This document shows, one piece after another, positions 45,058 to 59,341 of a stretch of 64,000 nt of DNA. The notes beneath the pieces are model-generated. The model ran no database searches. It was not told the DNA's origin and saw only the letters and a list, made by a program, of their open reading frames with translations. Location of the stretch: the NCBI RefSeq assembly GCF_009914755.1, contig NC_060947.1; one strand, written 5' to 3'. Each line of letters opens with the position of its first letter. Positions within the stretch are counted from its first letter, which is position 1. Both the position numbers and the translations under genes were made by a program. The DNA is from the human T2T-CHM13v2.0 reference genome, Homo sapiens.

Positions 45058-47178
45058 ACTCTGATTTCTGAGTCTTAATCAAAGTAGCAAACTTATAAAG
45101 TAGTGATTTCATCACATGCCAATATTAACAAAGAAAAAGGAAGAGTAGAAAAAAAACTCCATAACTGATACTGTAAAATATTTTTCTAATTTGCATAAAG
45201 ATATCAGTTCTACCCTAGTATATTTACAAGATATGACAATTCACTAACATTTACATTTTAATTCATATAACCAGTTTGTAAGAGAAGGAATCCTATCAAG
45301 GAAAATAAGCCTACAGAAAACTAACTTTTTGTGATAAAATGATTTTATAAAGCTGACAATAAGCATTTAAAGAAGTACTAGAACATGAACCTTTAACACA
45401 TATCCAATCTACTGTTTTAGAAAAAATTAAGAATGAGTTTTTCTGCAAAAATGTATGCAACGCAAATTCTAGTTTAAAGCGGAATATCCTGTAATCTAAT
45501 AAATATGGAGATGATTTTTTATAGTGATGTAATGGGCTAGATTGTACCTTTAGACTTATGGGAATAAAAATATTATTTCCTAATTTCAAAACTATTTTAA
45601 ATCTTTTAAATTCTACTAAATTAAATAAGAAAATAAAATTTGAGTTAGCCACTCAAACAGGAGATTTGTTATTCTGATTTAAAAACAATTGCCTTTGGTA
45701 ACAATCACTCTCAAACAGTTCGAGAAAAATATATGTATGTATATATTCATGGGCAAGGAGAAGGATTTAGAAAAGGAGAAAATTTTTCTAAGTTTCGGTG
45801 ATCAATTGGAATGAAAGTGTGAAATTACCTTCAGCAGTGTTGTCAACTAAACTCAGCACTTTCTGTCTCAACAGGTGCACACTCAAGCCCACCAACTCTC
45901 AGCTATTTGTCAAAGCTAAGGAAAAAGATAGCCAGTCCCCACACAGCTGCGCCTCTGGCTGCCACTACAAAAGAATGAGGCTCGGCTATTTTTAGGTTTG
46001 GGGTAGGCAATCAGCCAAATCTCAGCAGCACCACAAGAGCATGTGCTGAGATAACTGAGACTTTAGAGTTGAACCAGGACTCCACCAGCCTCCCAACTTC
46101 CTGCCTAGACACCCAACCCTGTGTTCTCATTTCTGTGGTCACCAAGTCACCTGTGGCTTTCATCATGATCCGCGAAATCTACATTTCTGTGCTTTTCCCA
46201 GCTCCTCTCCTGTTACAACTTTCATTTCTTATCTCTAGACCTTGAAGCCATGAAATTTTCCTTATTAGTTCCTTTACTCAACAAGGAAAAAAAAAACCTC
46301 AGAACACTCTGCAGCTGCTTCTATAAAGAAAGCAGTGTGGGTTTAATTTGTTTATAATCTGTCCTTCATTTCATTAAGCCTCTAAGTCATGGCCATTGCT
46401 ACCACTGTGCTTAAAAACAAGAGAAAAGTGAATGCTTATAAAGAGTGGCAGGTACAATAACTGATGTACAAAGAAGGAAAACACAGATTACTGTGTTTTG
46501 ATAGTTAAAAGGGAGCCAGAATAGGGAGCTAAGGAGTCTGATATCAATAGCGTACATTATTTTACCTTTGTTGAATGCTGATCCAGAAGGTTAATATGTC
46601 TAAGAATGTGCATTTGTGAAATTTCCCTATGTGCTAGCATAATCTCACTAGGTGTTGCATGATTTCCATGAGGAAAGCTGGGTTTTAGTGGAATAAATTA
46701 TTCTACATTAGATTTTTTTGTCTTCTCATAACTGTTTTTTATTTGTAAACAAAAGTACATGCACACATTTACGGTATCCTCAGGTATTGCTATCAAAACA
46801 GTAATAAAATAACGCACTATTCTTTTTTAATGATTTTTTTTTGTTGTGAACTGACATGAGCTTTCATATACGAAATCCGATTTTGAAATATAAGGCACAT
46901 TTATTTTGAAATTAATAGGGAATCTAGGTCAAACAAAGCAAAGCCAAACCTTAATTTTACAGAACTGTTCTACCTCTACAAAAAGTCACTCAAAACAATT
47001 GTTTAAATTGTGTGCAATAATTATCTTGAAAATGCATTTTAACATGTTCCTATAAATATAATTCCATATGACTAAGATGAAAATAATAAATAAAATAATA
47101 GTGGAATAAAATTGATACTTTATTTCCTATTTTGATTTTATCCCCATTATTCCAGAACAAATTCAATATGGCAGATAA

Positions 47179-47503
<325 letters not shown>

Positions 47504-47779
47504 CAGCAAGGATTTATTTTCAGGGAGCCAGTATTATGCAGAGATCAGCCTGCTTTAGAAAATACAGTGTCTCTCATGAATGAGTGCACCATTTGCCAAA
47601 AATAATCTATTGTATCTTCTTCTCAGGCCAATAATTAAAAATGTATTATACTCCAAAGAAAAACGTAAATAAAAAAGACAATCCTGTAAAATTATATGGT
47701 TATTGTATCTCTACAAAAACGTTTTTAATATTGTAAAATATATTATTTACATAAATATGTAAACATTCAAATTGAGGAG

Positions 47780-47935
47780 CAAGTTTTAGAGTAGGGCTCA
47801 AAATCTCATATCTGCCACTTATTAGTTATATGGCCTTGAGAAAGTTACTTAAGCACTGTGCTTCGGTTTTGTTTTTTAATCTCTAAAATGGGAAGGATTC
47901 TTTCCTCATGATCTGGTTCTGAAAATTAAATGAGG
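47780..47935 (+). mobile_element. MIR
   Basis: 'tctgccacttattagttatatggccttgagaaagttacttaa...taaaatggga...aattaaatgag'. Confidence 0.7.
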
Positions 47936-47989
47936 CACAAATATTCACACTCCCCCAGGGTTCTCTAATCCTTTCCTTGATAGTGTATT

Positions 47990-48255
47990 CCCTCCGTTAG
48001 AAATCTCGTTCTCTTCTTTAACTTCAACTATCATCTATCTCCATGTAAGTGATTCTCAAGTATTTCTCTCTTAAGTCTAACTCTTTAGTTTTAGTCCTCC
48101 CCCACAAAAACTTTTATTATCTACCCACCTGGATAGCCCATCAACAATTCTAAGTTGATGTCTCAAAACAAAAGGCCCTTTTCCCCTTCCCCTCCAATTT
48201 TGATCCTATTCCTGGTTTCTCTACTTCTGTTAATGTTACCATCATCTCACCAGTT
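47990..48255 (+). mobile_element. L2 fragment
   Basis: 'ttcaactatcatctat...gattctcaa...cacctggatagccca...ttaatgttaccatcatc'. Confidence 0.55.
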
Positions 48256-48339
48256 CCTCACGGTGATTAGCTATTAACAATTTTAAGAATTCCAACATAT
48301 GCTTCATTAAACATTAGATAAATGGGCATTTATTGACTG

Positions 48340-48580
48340 CATGTTAAAGAAGTTCCATGGTGAAATGAGTTTGGGAAACTAGGTTAAAAGTTAAACAGCT
48401 GTCTTTCCTGCAGGATTCCAGAGCATCTTTGCATATGCATTACATTGAGAAACTCTAAGGGGATTTAGTATGTAGTATTCCCCTCAGTTTTATGACTAAA
48501 GAAGTCTTTTTTGGGGGCGTGGGGCCAAACAGAGGGGGCCCATAATGAATAATTACTGTGCCATAGAGCACTCTTGGGGG
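48340..48580. mobile_element. MER112-like hAT-Charlie MITE
   Basis: 'gttccatggtgaaatgagtttgggaaac...gttaaacagctgtctttcctgcagga...tagtatgtag'. Confidence 0.55.
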
Positions 48581-50479
48581 ATTAATATCAGGGAGTCTGC
48601 TATCATTATTCCCTTTTCCTCATCTCCCACAATTTAGCAACAACTTACTACCAAATAATTTGGTTCTCCTTGTTGAATCCCTATCTCATTCTGAGCTACT
48701 GCTTTTGTAAATCTGGCCTAGGCTACATGTAGGCTCTCCTTTCACTGCCTTTTCTTATTCTAACATCTCAAACTCTCAATTCAATATCTTCTGTAGAATT
48801 TGAGATCTATTTTCTGTAAGAGATACAAAGATGGGTAAGACATGATCTCTATTGTCTTGGGATCTGTGAGAGATGGGAATAGGCCAGCAGAGTTCAAATA
48901 TATATTCAATACCATAGGCATAGACATACCACATAAATGTTGTGAAACAAGAAATAGCAATCAATGCTTATATGGGAAAGGTTACATTAGGTTTTTTTAA
49001 GGAAGTGGGACCTGGATAATATTAGTCCAGGAACTTCTAAATGAAAGATTTAAAAGTATTTATCTACCCCAAAGACTATCTTCTCATCTTAAACTAAAAA
49101 TAAGTTTAAAATATAATTAATATTTTCACAATAAAATGCTCACTGGAGAAACTTTGAAAAAAATAAAAATGTAAATATAAGAATATTGAAGTAATCCAGC
49201 GTGTAATTTCACCCTAGATACATCTACTGCTAATGATGGGTGAAATTTTATTTTGGATATTTGACTTGTCTACAAGTCAACAATTCTAAAGATTTAGCTT
49301 CCAGAGCTAAAGTTTTCTAACAATAATGCCAATTAAATGTTTTAAAAGGTTAATTATAAAAGATATGATGATTAAATTTAAAATATCTTGTCACCTCCTG
49401 TTCACAACATTTTGCTTTTCATTTCCATATATCTTAAGTATACATCTGAAAGCTATGTGAGCGTTGTAAATTGTCAAGTTGAACTTAACAAAGTATAGTT
49501 TATGTTGGGGAAAACTCATTAAAATGGGATCCATTTCTTAATTTCCAAAAGAATCATCTATATGAATTGAACATTGATTTAATATCATTGAATATTCAAT
49601 ACCCATATACACATTAGAATGTTTTTATGATTTACATTGCTTACAGCACAGAATATTCACCAATATTATTGCTAAGAGTAGAGATATGACTCAAAAGTAT
49701 CAATATTTAATCCAGTAAGTATGAAGCTCTATGTTAATTGCAATCACTATTCATAAACAATTTGCCCAACATTGCCTAAACATTTCTTGCCATTCAAGGG
49801 TTTATTTTTTGCCTTCTGTGAATTAGAGTATGATAGTAAATGGTAATAAATGATCTTAAGTGATAGTAAATAAGTAATTTCTATAACAGAATAACTTTTG
49901 TTCTAGAGATATGTGCAAGGCACAATATCACTACACTCAACTGTATCCAAAGCAGGCCACAGATCCTTAAAGAGAAAACTTAGGAATTTACTGTGGCAAC
50001 AGGAGAGGAAAAAAGCAAATAAAAAGGAAATGTACAAATGTAGGTATGAGGAGGATGTCCTTTTCTAAAAAAAATAAGGTAGTTTAGCATAGTTGCAATG
50101 TGTGGTATATGAGTGGGGCAAAAAATGAGGTAGGAAGGACAAATAAAGGACCAGTAACGAAGAGCTTTTGAAATTTATTTCAGGTCTGGGAGTGATGATT
50201 TTGACTTAATTCCCTGGTTTTCTCTAATACTGTTTGTTGTTGTTGTTTTCTGCATATATAGAAAATTGGTAGATTTTATACATGTGCATTACATATGTAT
50301 TGGTAGATTTTATACATACACATATATATGTATAATTACGTATATACATATACAATTGTTGAATCATTAAGTTGCAATAATTAAATTTATTACTCTTTAT
50401 GATGCTGTGGGTATTACAGAAGCATTGTAAGGTACTACATGGTCCTCTTATACCATAGATTTTTTCTAAACCTACAACT

Positions 50480-50642
50480 GTATAGCGTGTGGTATGATAT
50501 GAAAATCACTGGCTGAGAACTAGCTGGGTCTTAGTTTTGTATCTAACTGTTTCTGAGAACTGGAGTCTCACTTTCCACATCTATATAATGAGGAAATGGA
50601 AAATATTCTCCAGGTTTTCTGCAGTTGTGATGATCTATGACC
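50480..50642 (+). mobile_element. MIR3/MIRc-like fragment
   Basis: 'gtctcactttccacatctatataatgagga...tgatctatga'. Confidence 0.55.
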
Positions 50643-50716
50643 TTGTTATTCACTGTAGGGTGTTAAGCTGGTGAAACAGCAAAACTGCAGACCAAATACC
50701 AGTTTTCCTTTAACCA

Positions 50717-50748
<32 letters not shown>

Positions 50749-51164
50749 ATCATCTATCTAACATCTACTATTTTAAAAAATCATCAGTCTTCTCAATGCA
50801 TATCTTACTTTCTCCATTTTCCCATTCTTCCAGCCCTTTGCTCTTTTCGGACACCTTTTATTTACCTGTCTACAGTTCTTTTGCCCTCTGGTACTTTGTG
50901 GTTACCAGTTGCTATTGTACTTCCCACAAAGGATCAATTTGCACTACAATCATACTGACAGCAGTCCTCAGTAACTCAGGGGAAAAAAAACAGACTCTCA
51001 AGCAGCAGTGGGGATCCAAAGACCATTTCCCAGGGAACCAGTCGGGTCACAGGAAGAGTGGGAAGAGAACAGCAAAGCCCCAAGTTATTTTCCTCTTCCC
51101 ACATATTTCACTCAGATGCCAATTTTTGTTTGCTCTCAAAGCTGTTTTATTTGACAGGGCTCCT

Positions 51165-51539
51165 TGTTATGGGCTAAATTGCCCCTTTCCCAAATTCGTC
51201 TGTTGAAGTCCTAACCCCCATTGTCTCAGAATGTGACTGTAGTTGGAGATAGGGTCTTTAAAGAGGTATTTAAGGTTAAATGAGGTCACTAAGGTGAGCT
51301 CTAATCCAATCTGATTAGTATCCTTATAAAAAGATGAGATTAGAACACAGACAGGAACAGAGGAAAGACCATGGGAAGACAGATGGAGAGGGCAGCCTCT
51401 GCAAACTAAGGAGGGAGGCTTCAGAAGAAATCAGCCCTGATTATACCTAGCCTTTACTACTGTGGAGAAAATAAATTTCTGTTTAAGAAACCCAGTCTAC
51501 TGTGGTATTTTGTTATGGCAATGCTAGCAAAATAATACA
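51165..51539 (+). mobile_element. MLT1 (A0/B-like) MaLR solo LTR
   Basis: TGTTATGGGCTAAATTG...AATAATACA ends; 'tcagaatgtgactgtagttggagatagggtctttaaagagg'; 5-bp TSD ctcct/ttcct. Confidence 0.9.
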
Positions 51540-53001
51540 TTCCTTATTCATTTGTAATGTTTTATATTTGAATTCAGATCATTCTCATTCTCCCCTTTGT
51601 ATATATATATAGATATATATCCTTCTTGCTGCTAGAACAATAACAAAAAGATGATTAACTGTAAGCATAGTGTTACAATGAACTCTGTTGCTCACATGCC
51701 CTTAGATATGTATTTGTTTATTCAAAAAAAGCATTAACCAAATAACTTTATATATTAAGCCTTATGCTCATCTCTAGGTATGGGGGAGAGGTGGGAAACA
51801 TGATGATAAAATAACAGTATCCGTGTAACACTGATAAACATGCCAAGATATTTGTATTCTCATATTAAAGTAAATAAATTGACAAAATATGGTGAAAGAT
51901 ATTGTGCATTTTGATGAACTTATGCTATGAGAACACTTTAAAACCATACCTAACCTCCATTGGCGGAGTCAATGGAGATTGGTGAGAGGGGTTAGGAAAT
52001 AATTTTTCCTGAGATGAAGTGGAAACCAGGCTTTAATTAATTAAGTGATTGGTAAGGAGAAGGAGGGTAATTTCAGGAAGACTTATCCCTGACAACACGA
52101 AAGCATGGTAGTTTGGGGGCCCGCACATAGGAGCCTTTGGCTAAAGGGTTAGGAGTAAGAGATGAGGAGAAGGGTAGGAGAGGAGGTAGCAGCAATAAGC
52201 TGGGTCCTGATAACATGACCTTACATACATCACGGAGTTGGCATTAGTCTCTAGCAGGAAAAAATATTTTCCAACTTTTAAGTTAAGGCTAATTTTAAAC
52301 TTGTCACCTGTAGTAATCTCTTTAAATGAATGAAATTTCCCTGTCTTCATTTATAGTAATCAGCATCTTTCACTGCAAGGAAATTTCTAAGTGAATGTAC
52401 ATTTTACTCAACTTCTAATTTCCTTTAGGAATCTAAACTCATTCAATATTTTCACAAAATGATAACTGTAATCAAGGCAGAGAGCTTTATTTCAGCTAAC
52501 AAAGAATAGCCCTACACAAAGGAATTGCAAATATTCTAAATAATGACTGTTATAATTTATCTTCTCTGTTGAAGGATACTACTTCCTGTTCTGTTTGTAG
52601 CCATGATAAACAAATGGTATCATGATCCTTATAGTCCAGGAAATGGACTGTTTTATGTAGATGAAATATTATTATTATAAAATCTGTCTTACATTCCAAA
52701 CCCAGCCTAGGACAGGATTTATGATAACTGCCCCCCATCTATGCTGGATATCACACTATGATGACGTGTGTATTTGTATTTCTGTGAGCTCAATTCATAA
52801 CTATGCAACTCTCCTGAAGCATAAACTTGGCTACATCAAAATGGCTAAATATTTGGTCTAATGTTTTTCTTTAAACTTAAATTATAAGTTTAGATTACAT
52901 ACCTTAACTTACTTAAACAATTGGCTGGACATTTGAAAAAATATTGATCTTTCTTTCTATACATATAAGCTTTCTGTCCAATTTATAAAAGGAAGTAGTA
53001 C

Positions 53002-53126
53002 TAATATATAATATATAATATATATATATTATATATATTATATATATATTATATATATATTATATATATATATAATATATATATTATATATATATATTAT
53101 ATATATATATATAATATATATATATA
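53002..53126. repeat. Interrupted (TA)n tract, 125 bp of only A/T
   Basis: Read directly from sequence. Confidence 0.97.
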
Positions 53127-53514
53127 GTGTACACCTATACTGCCCTAGTAAGAAATCAGGAAGTCAGCATTGATGATTTGCTCTCTACTATTTTTGTCTC
53201 TCTCCTCATTACCCGCGCAAATAAGTTTTACTAATTAAATATCTAAATATCTTTTGTTTGCATTTTGTCTTTTTCATTCCTAATGCCCTAAGGCTCTTAT
53301 CTGGGATATAACTGCAACCCTCTTACACCTGCTTTTAGAACAGTGGCTCTAAACACAATCTGCACTTGGTGTGCCTGTATGTTCTGATTTCATTGGTCTG
53401 CAAGAGTTTTCACAAACCCTGTGTCATCTAACAAATAGATCTGAACCTCCTCCTTTAAAAATTCAAGATGCAAAAATAAACACTTCTTGACAACACATAG
53501 TTTGCTTTCTTAGC

Positions 53515-53863
<349 letters not shown>

Positions 53864-55130
53864 TAGTACTAGGTGAGGAGTAGATGCTAGAAACCCATTG
53901 TAATATGTTGCTCAGAGCCAGCCATTTCTCTTTCCACCATTCATACCCAAACCCAAACCAAACAAGAATAATGTGAGAGATCAGCCATGCTAGGACCTAT
54001 CAATTCAGTCATCGTTAAGCAACAATCACTAGAGACTTAGTACATGTGATATGTAACAGCAGTCACTGTGTAAATAAACTCACCGCCTATTGTGAGAAAC
54101 AGACCTGTAAACAGTGGATAAAGGACAAGAATTGCATGCAGTTAAAGAAAAACAGGCAAAATACCCTGGGAATTCAGAGGAAGGAATGCCAAATCACCCA
54201 GTTCACCTACATCTAAAGAAGGCTTTTTTTCTTGTTCATCAAAATACTCGTGTTGGAACTAGCATGAAGAGTGTCACTTCACCTTCTTTGGCCTTTTTTA
54301 CCCTTTTGTGTAAAAGAAGATTCTTGATCTTCAAAGCATAACAGTCATGTTTTATTTTACTCTATGAGCAGATTCATTAAGAATGTGAAAGTATTCCCAT
54401 TCATTCAAATTAACATTAAAAGACACTCTCCCAATGAATAAGATGTCAAAAATCATGTTAGTAATTGCAGTCAATGAAATGAATGCTCTGCTCTCATGCT
54501 GCATGCCTATTTGTACTCATCGACTGAGCACTAACGAGAAATACACACCTAACTTAGAACAGCAGAAGGAGCAGATGCTTTAAGATAATATTTCTCAGTA
54601 ATATGCAACAATTTAATTTCAAATACTGAACTTCTGGGCCTTGGAAATTACATATACAGGTTTTGCAGTCAAATGAGTATTGTTTAGACATATTAAATGT
54701 GCTGAGATCTAAAATTTCATCAGTTTTCAAATTTAAGCCAGAGGGGAAATATACCCTAATGGTTCAAAAACCCTCAATTTAAATTCTGGTTTATATAGCA
54801 ATGATCTTGGTTACTTTAAATTTATTTCTAAGCCATGATTTTTTTCTTTTAGTGGCAAATATTACAATAATAAATTCAAGGGAATGTTAAAATCATACCC
54901 ACCAACAAAAAGTAATTCATACCTCTGAAGTTAGCTATTTTAGTTGGACAATACTCTTACCTTGCGACTTATGCTATTAGATTCCTGTGTTCATCTTTTT
55001 ATAGCACACAAATACACAGGTGTTCACTCACACAGATGCATTCACGTACACACTATGAAACTTGAGTTTTACAGGAAAAAAATTTCTAAAATGTGTCCAA
55101 ATAAATTCTAACTGTAAAATTTCTTCTCTC

Positions 55131-55502
<372 letters not shown>

Positions 55503-57834
55503 CTAATGTAATCATACCAGATACATAAATATTTCAATATGTATAGCAATTGATTTTGTTACAGTCTTTGATAAAAGAGATACAGTGTATAGACACAATT
55601 TTAATGGTTTCCTGCAATTGGAAAGATACTTGGTATATTCATCAATTAGTATCCTTTTTATACTTCTATTAGAAAGGCTATGTTTTTGTTTAAGTACCCA
55701 AGATTCCAAAAGTGAATTTGTATCTATGAATACAGTTTAATGTGAACAATTGAAACGCGCATGCAAAACTCAAATGAATTGTATACCTGGCAGGCAGGAT
55801 GAATTGATAGCATGTTATTTTTAGAAATCTGAGTGTATGTATGCATAATTCTAGTTTTTGAAGTTATCTGAGAGTCTTTCCATATCATATTATACCCAAA
55901 AAATTAAGTGTCATCATCTAATGGTTTGAAACAAAAGAAATTTATAGGTAACTTATAATTCTTTCCATCACTTTTGGATATTAATTAATTCAAAACACAT
56001 TTATAAAACTTCTTCCTAGTACAAGGAAATATTCTAAACTCTATGAGAATATAAACACATAGAAGATGTGGTTTGCGGCATCCAGGAGTATATAATCTAG
56101 TAGTGGAGATAATATAATTTTTAAAGTTATATTTCAAATAATATAGACTCAGTTACCTCATCTGACAAGTGAGAATGGTAATATATTTTTTGCCATAGTT
56201 TTTATAAAACCAATTATATGTATATTATCTTTATTGTCTTTATTATCATTATCATTCACTATAAAAGATAATGAATATATGCAAATTAATTTTTCAGTGG
56301 TAGAACTTGATTTCTAGATGTCATGAATTAGAACTCTACTCTTTTCCATTTCTCAATCAGAGTCTATATTTTCAACTTTCAAAATTGCACACCACATTTC
56401 TACAATGTGAGCCCCAGGCAGAAGAATGCTTATAAGCTTTCATCTAGGCACAATATATTATATAAGGCCTGGATGGTTTTCTGGCTGGTCAATTCTCTGC
56501 TTTTGGCATACGGAGATCAAAATTGGGTTATATGATCTAATTTAGTCGAAGATAATACAATAATATACACTTTCATTAAGAAAAAATTTAATTATGGAAC
56601 TATCATCATAAAAATTGTCATAGATAAGAACAAAGATACTATATCGCATCTTTTCTTTGGTTGAAATTTTATAAGTCAAAATAGATTGTCATGTCACATA
56701 CAAGCCTCTTTAACAAATCTCCTCAAAGATAAAATATTAAAGAAAAAGTTACTATGGTCTTATTAGTTTACAGAAACTTAATTTTATTATAAAAGCAGGT
56801 CAGAGGGCCTACTACTTCAGTAAATTAATGATATCACTCAAGCTAAGTTTTCTCATAAAATGCCTGTGCATACCAGATCTGTGGATTTCTGTAATACTTT
56901 GGAAATTGAAAGGGTTCAAGACACCAGTTCTTAAAAATTCATTATTACATGAATAATATGTTAACGTAATATACAAAATATAGTTCATATTCACTGGTCA
57001 ATAAAATATTACAAACATTTAAGTGCAAAAATAATATATATGAATAGGTTGTTAGACTGGCTCTGTAGATCCTATTTTTGTTTTCAGAGTCCATTCAATT
57101 CCATGTATTTGAGTCATGCAATAAACATTTCTCACCTTGAATTTGGGCATACTTGTATGGGGCTCCATGCTTGTGCACACATATTTATCCAGACACTAAG
57201 TTTCCTTTTATAAATGAGCTCAATCCCAGATTAAAACAGATGAAAGATTTCCAATCATTGTGGCCAGCTCCCAGGGTGGAAAATAAGCTTAGGAATGCAG
57301 CAAACTGAAACTGAATACTCTCTGGAATGGACATTCCGTTCTAAGTCTCCTTCAGGAAACCTCCAACAATAGCTCAAGCAGGAGCAAACACTTGTCTTTG
57401 AGGTAGTCCAAGCCAACCATTCACTTTCTCAGTAATCTGTCCTCAGACACCCACTGGACTTAGAGCTCCTGTGCCCACCTCAAAGGACAGCAGCCCTGGC
57501 ATGCATGCACTATAGGAGCAGAAGTGATTCTCCAAATTTCTACTCTGCTCACCTCTCCACCACTTTGCATCAATTTGGCATCTCCTAAGATATCTCAGCT
57601 TTGTAACTCCTCAAAGGAATCCCCACAAATTGGGGCTCTTTTTTAACTTGGACATTTCCTTTGAGACTAAGAAAGAAAGAGAAAACAAAGTACACAGATA
57701 ACCAAAAACACGACAGATTATATGAATCATCCAAATTAAGCAACCAACATTTTAGTCTAAGATTTATAATTTTTACAATATATTGAGTACACTGGACAAA
57801 AAAGTATCTACTTAGGATTATCCCATCCTGTTCT

Positions 57835-57838
<4 letters not shown>

Positions 57839-57881
<43 letters not shown>
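57839..57881. repeat. (TG)21 microsatellite
   Basis: Read directly from sequence. Confidence 0.97.
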
Positions 57882-57883
<2 letters not shown>

Positions 57884-57994
57884 AAAATAATGCATGCCAG
57901 TATTCATAAGGCTTTTCCAATCTGAATGATGCCTGAGTTTCAAATATGTATACAGTGATGTAATGGCTAAACAATAGTCAGATAAATGCTGTGT

Positions 57995-58620
57995 AGTCAT
58001 TCATTTGTGTACCTACAAGCTGTTAGGCACAATTAATCCACATATAATAAGCACAGGCTATCTCCTCAAGGAGCAAGAGAGTGAGTCAGAAGCCGAGAAG
58101 CAAACTGACAGCTAAAATAGGGGATATAATTGCTTGTCTAGAATTATCCATAGTGAGTTTACAATAAGAATACATATTGGGGCCCCATTTTCTGACCTAG
58201 GGTAGTAAGGAATTCTTTTAAACAATATTCTATAAGGAAAGATAAAAATAATATTAATAGTCATTGGTGGAAGAGACATGGTGATAGTGGTTTTTGGGAG
58301 AACATTCCAAGAAGTGGGAACAAGTCATAGACACAAAATTACATGAACCAAAGTTATTTTATTTGCTGAACCAAAGTAATTTTATATCTAGACAGAAGTG
58401 TTCCTGGTGGGGAACAGCAGATCAGGAGGTGAGAGACATGAGCAGATGCCATACTGTGAAAGACCTTGTACGTTAGGACCTTGGATTTTACCCTGAAGCT
58501 AGAAGATTCTCTAAAGGACGTTAAGCTGGAGGCACACAATCTTATTTGTTTTAGAAACTCAACGGGGGCAGCAATTACAAGGTGGGATTTTCTGAAGACC
58601 AGATTGAAAGCAAGGAGATC
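57995..58620 (-). mobile_element. L2 fragment(s)
   Basis: 'tcattcatttgtgtacctac...tgttaggcac' L2 terminus; 'gcagatgccatactgtgaaagaccttgta...ttggattttaccctgaag'. Confidence 0.6.
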
Positions 58621-59341
58621 ATTCACACACGCACAAACATAAAATCAGAGGTAGTCTTTTGATCTATGTATCTGTTTATACAAGTTGGTATCCAAATGTA
58701 CATTTATCTTTTAGAGTTATATACATTAGTTATTTGTGATTAACAATAATAGTTAAAATAATACAAAGAAAAATTATTCTCAACACTTTGACCCTCACCA
58801 AGAAACTTTATATATCCCCCTTTTAAAGCCAACAATAAGTAAGCTTGTGAAGGGGCATTATTTTTCCTAATTTCCTCTTGAGGACAGTAGTAGACATGCT
58901 CAGCTCAGTGCCAGAAATATGGTAGGCTCTCAATTAATACTAGTTAAATAAATATTGGCTTGTCCAGGATTACTTGCCTTTGTAGGTAGAGGCAAGTTTA
59001 AAACCCAGGTAGTCTCAGGCATTGTCAAGTTACCATGCCCGTGGACCAGCATAACTTCTAGCGCTTGTCATATAGGGTTTTTGGTCATAAACAACCTGAA
59101 ACACAACACCTTACAAAGTAGGACATATAGAATACGGCCTCCATCATCATGATATTTTATTCAATCAGTGATGCACGTTCCCATATAATAGAAATGGATT
59201 GCATTCTAGCAGATTAGCATTAAACCATCCTTTGTACCTTGAGTGATAGACTTATTAATTTACAAGACTTATCCTCGATTAGGTTTGGTGATGATACCCT
59301 AGCCTTCAGAAAACCAAGAGCTTATTAAAGGTCTAATGCTG

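Noticed and set aside
45944-45965. CTCF-like sequence (reverse complement tggcagccagaggcgc)
   Set aside because: Spacing is one base off the core consensus, so it cannot be supported without a PWM scan or ChIP data.
52550-52738. Minus-strand peptide containing DYKDHD, like the start of a 3xFLAG tag
   Set aside because: Only six residues match, the rest of the tag is absent and there is no vector sequence. Coincidence.
52758-52817. ATGATGA ... CTGA arrangement resembling C/D box snoRNA
   Set aside because: No terminal stem at canonical spacing and no recognisable rRNA/snRNA guide; such short boxes arise by chance.
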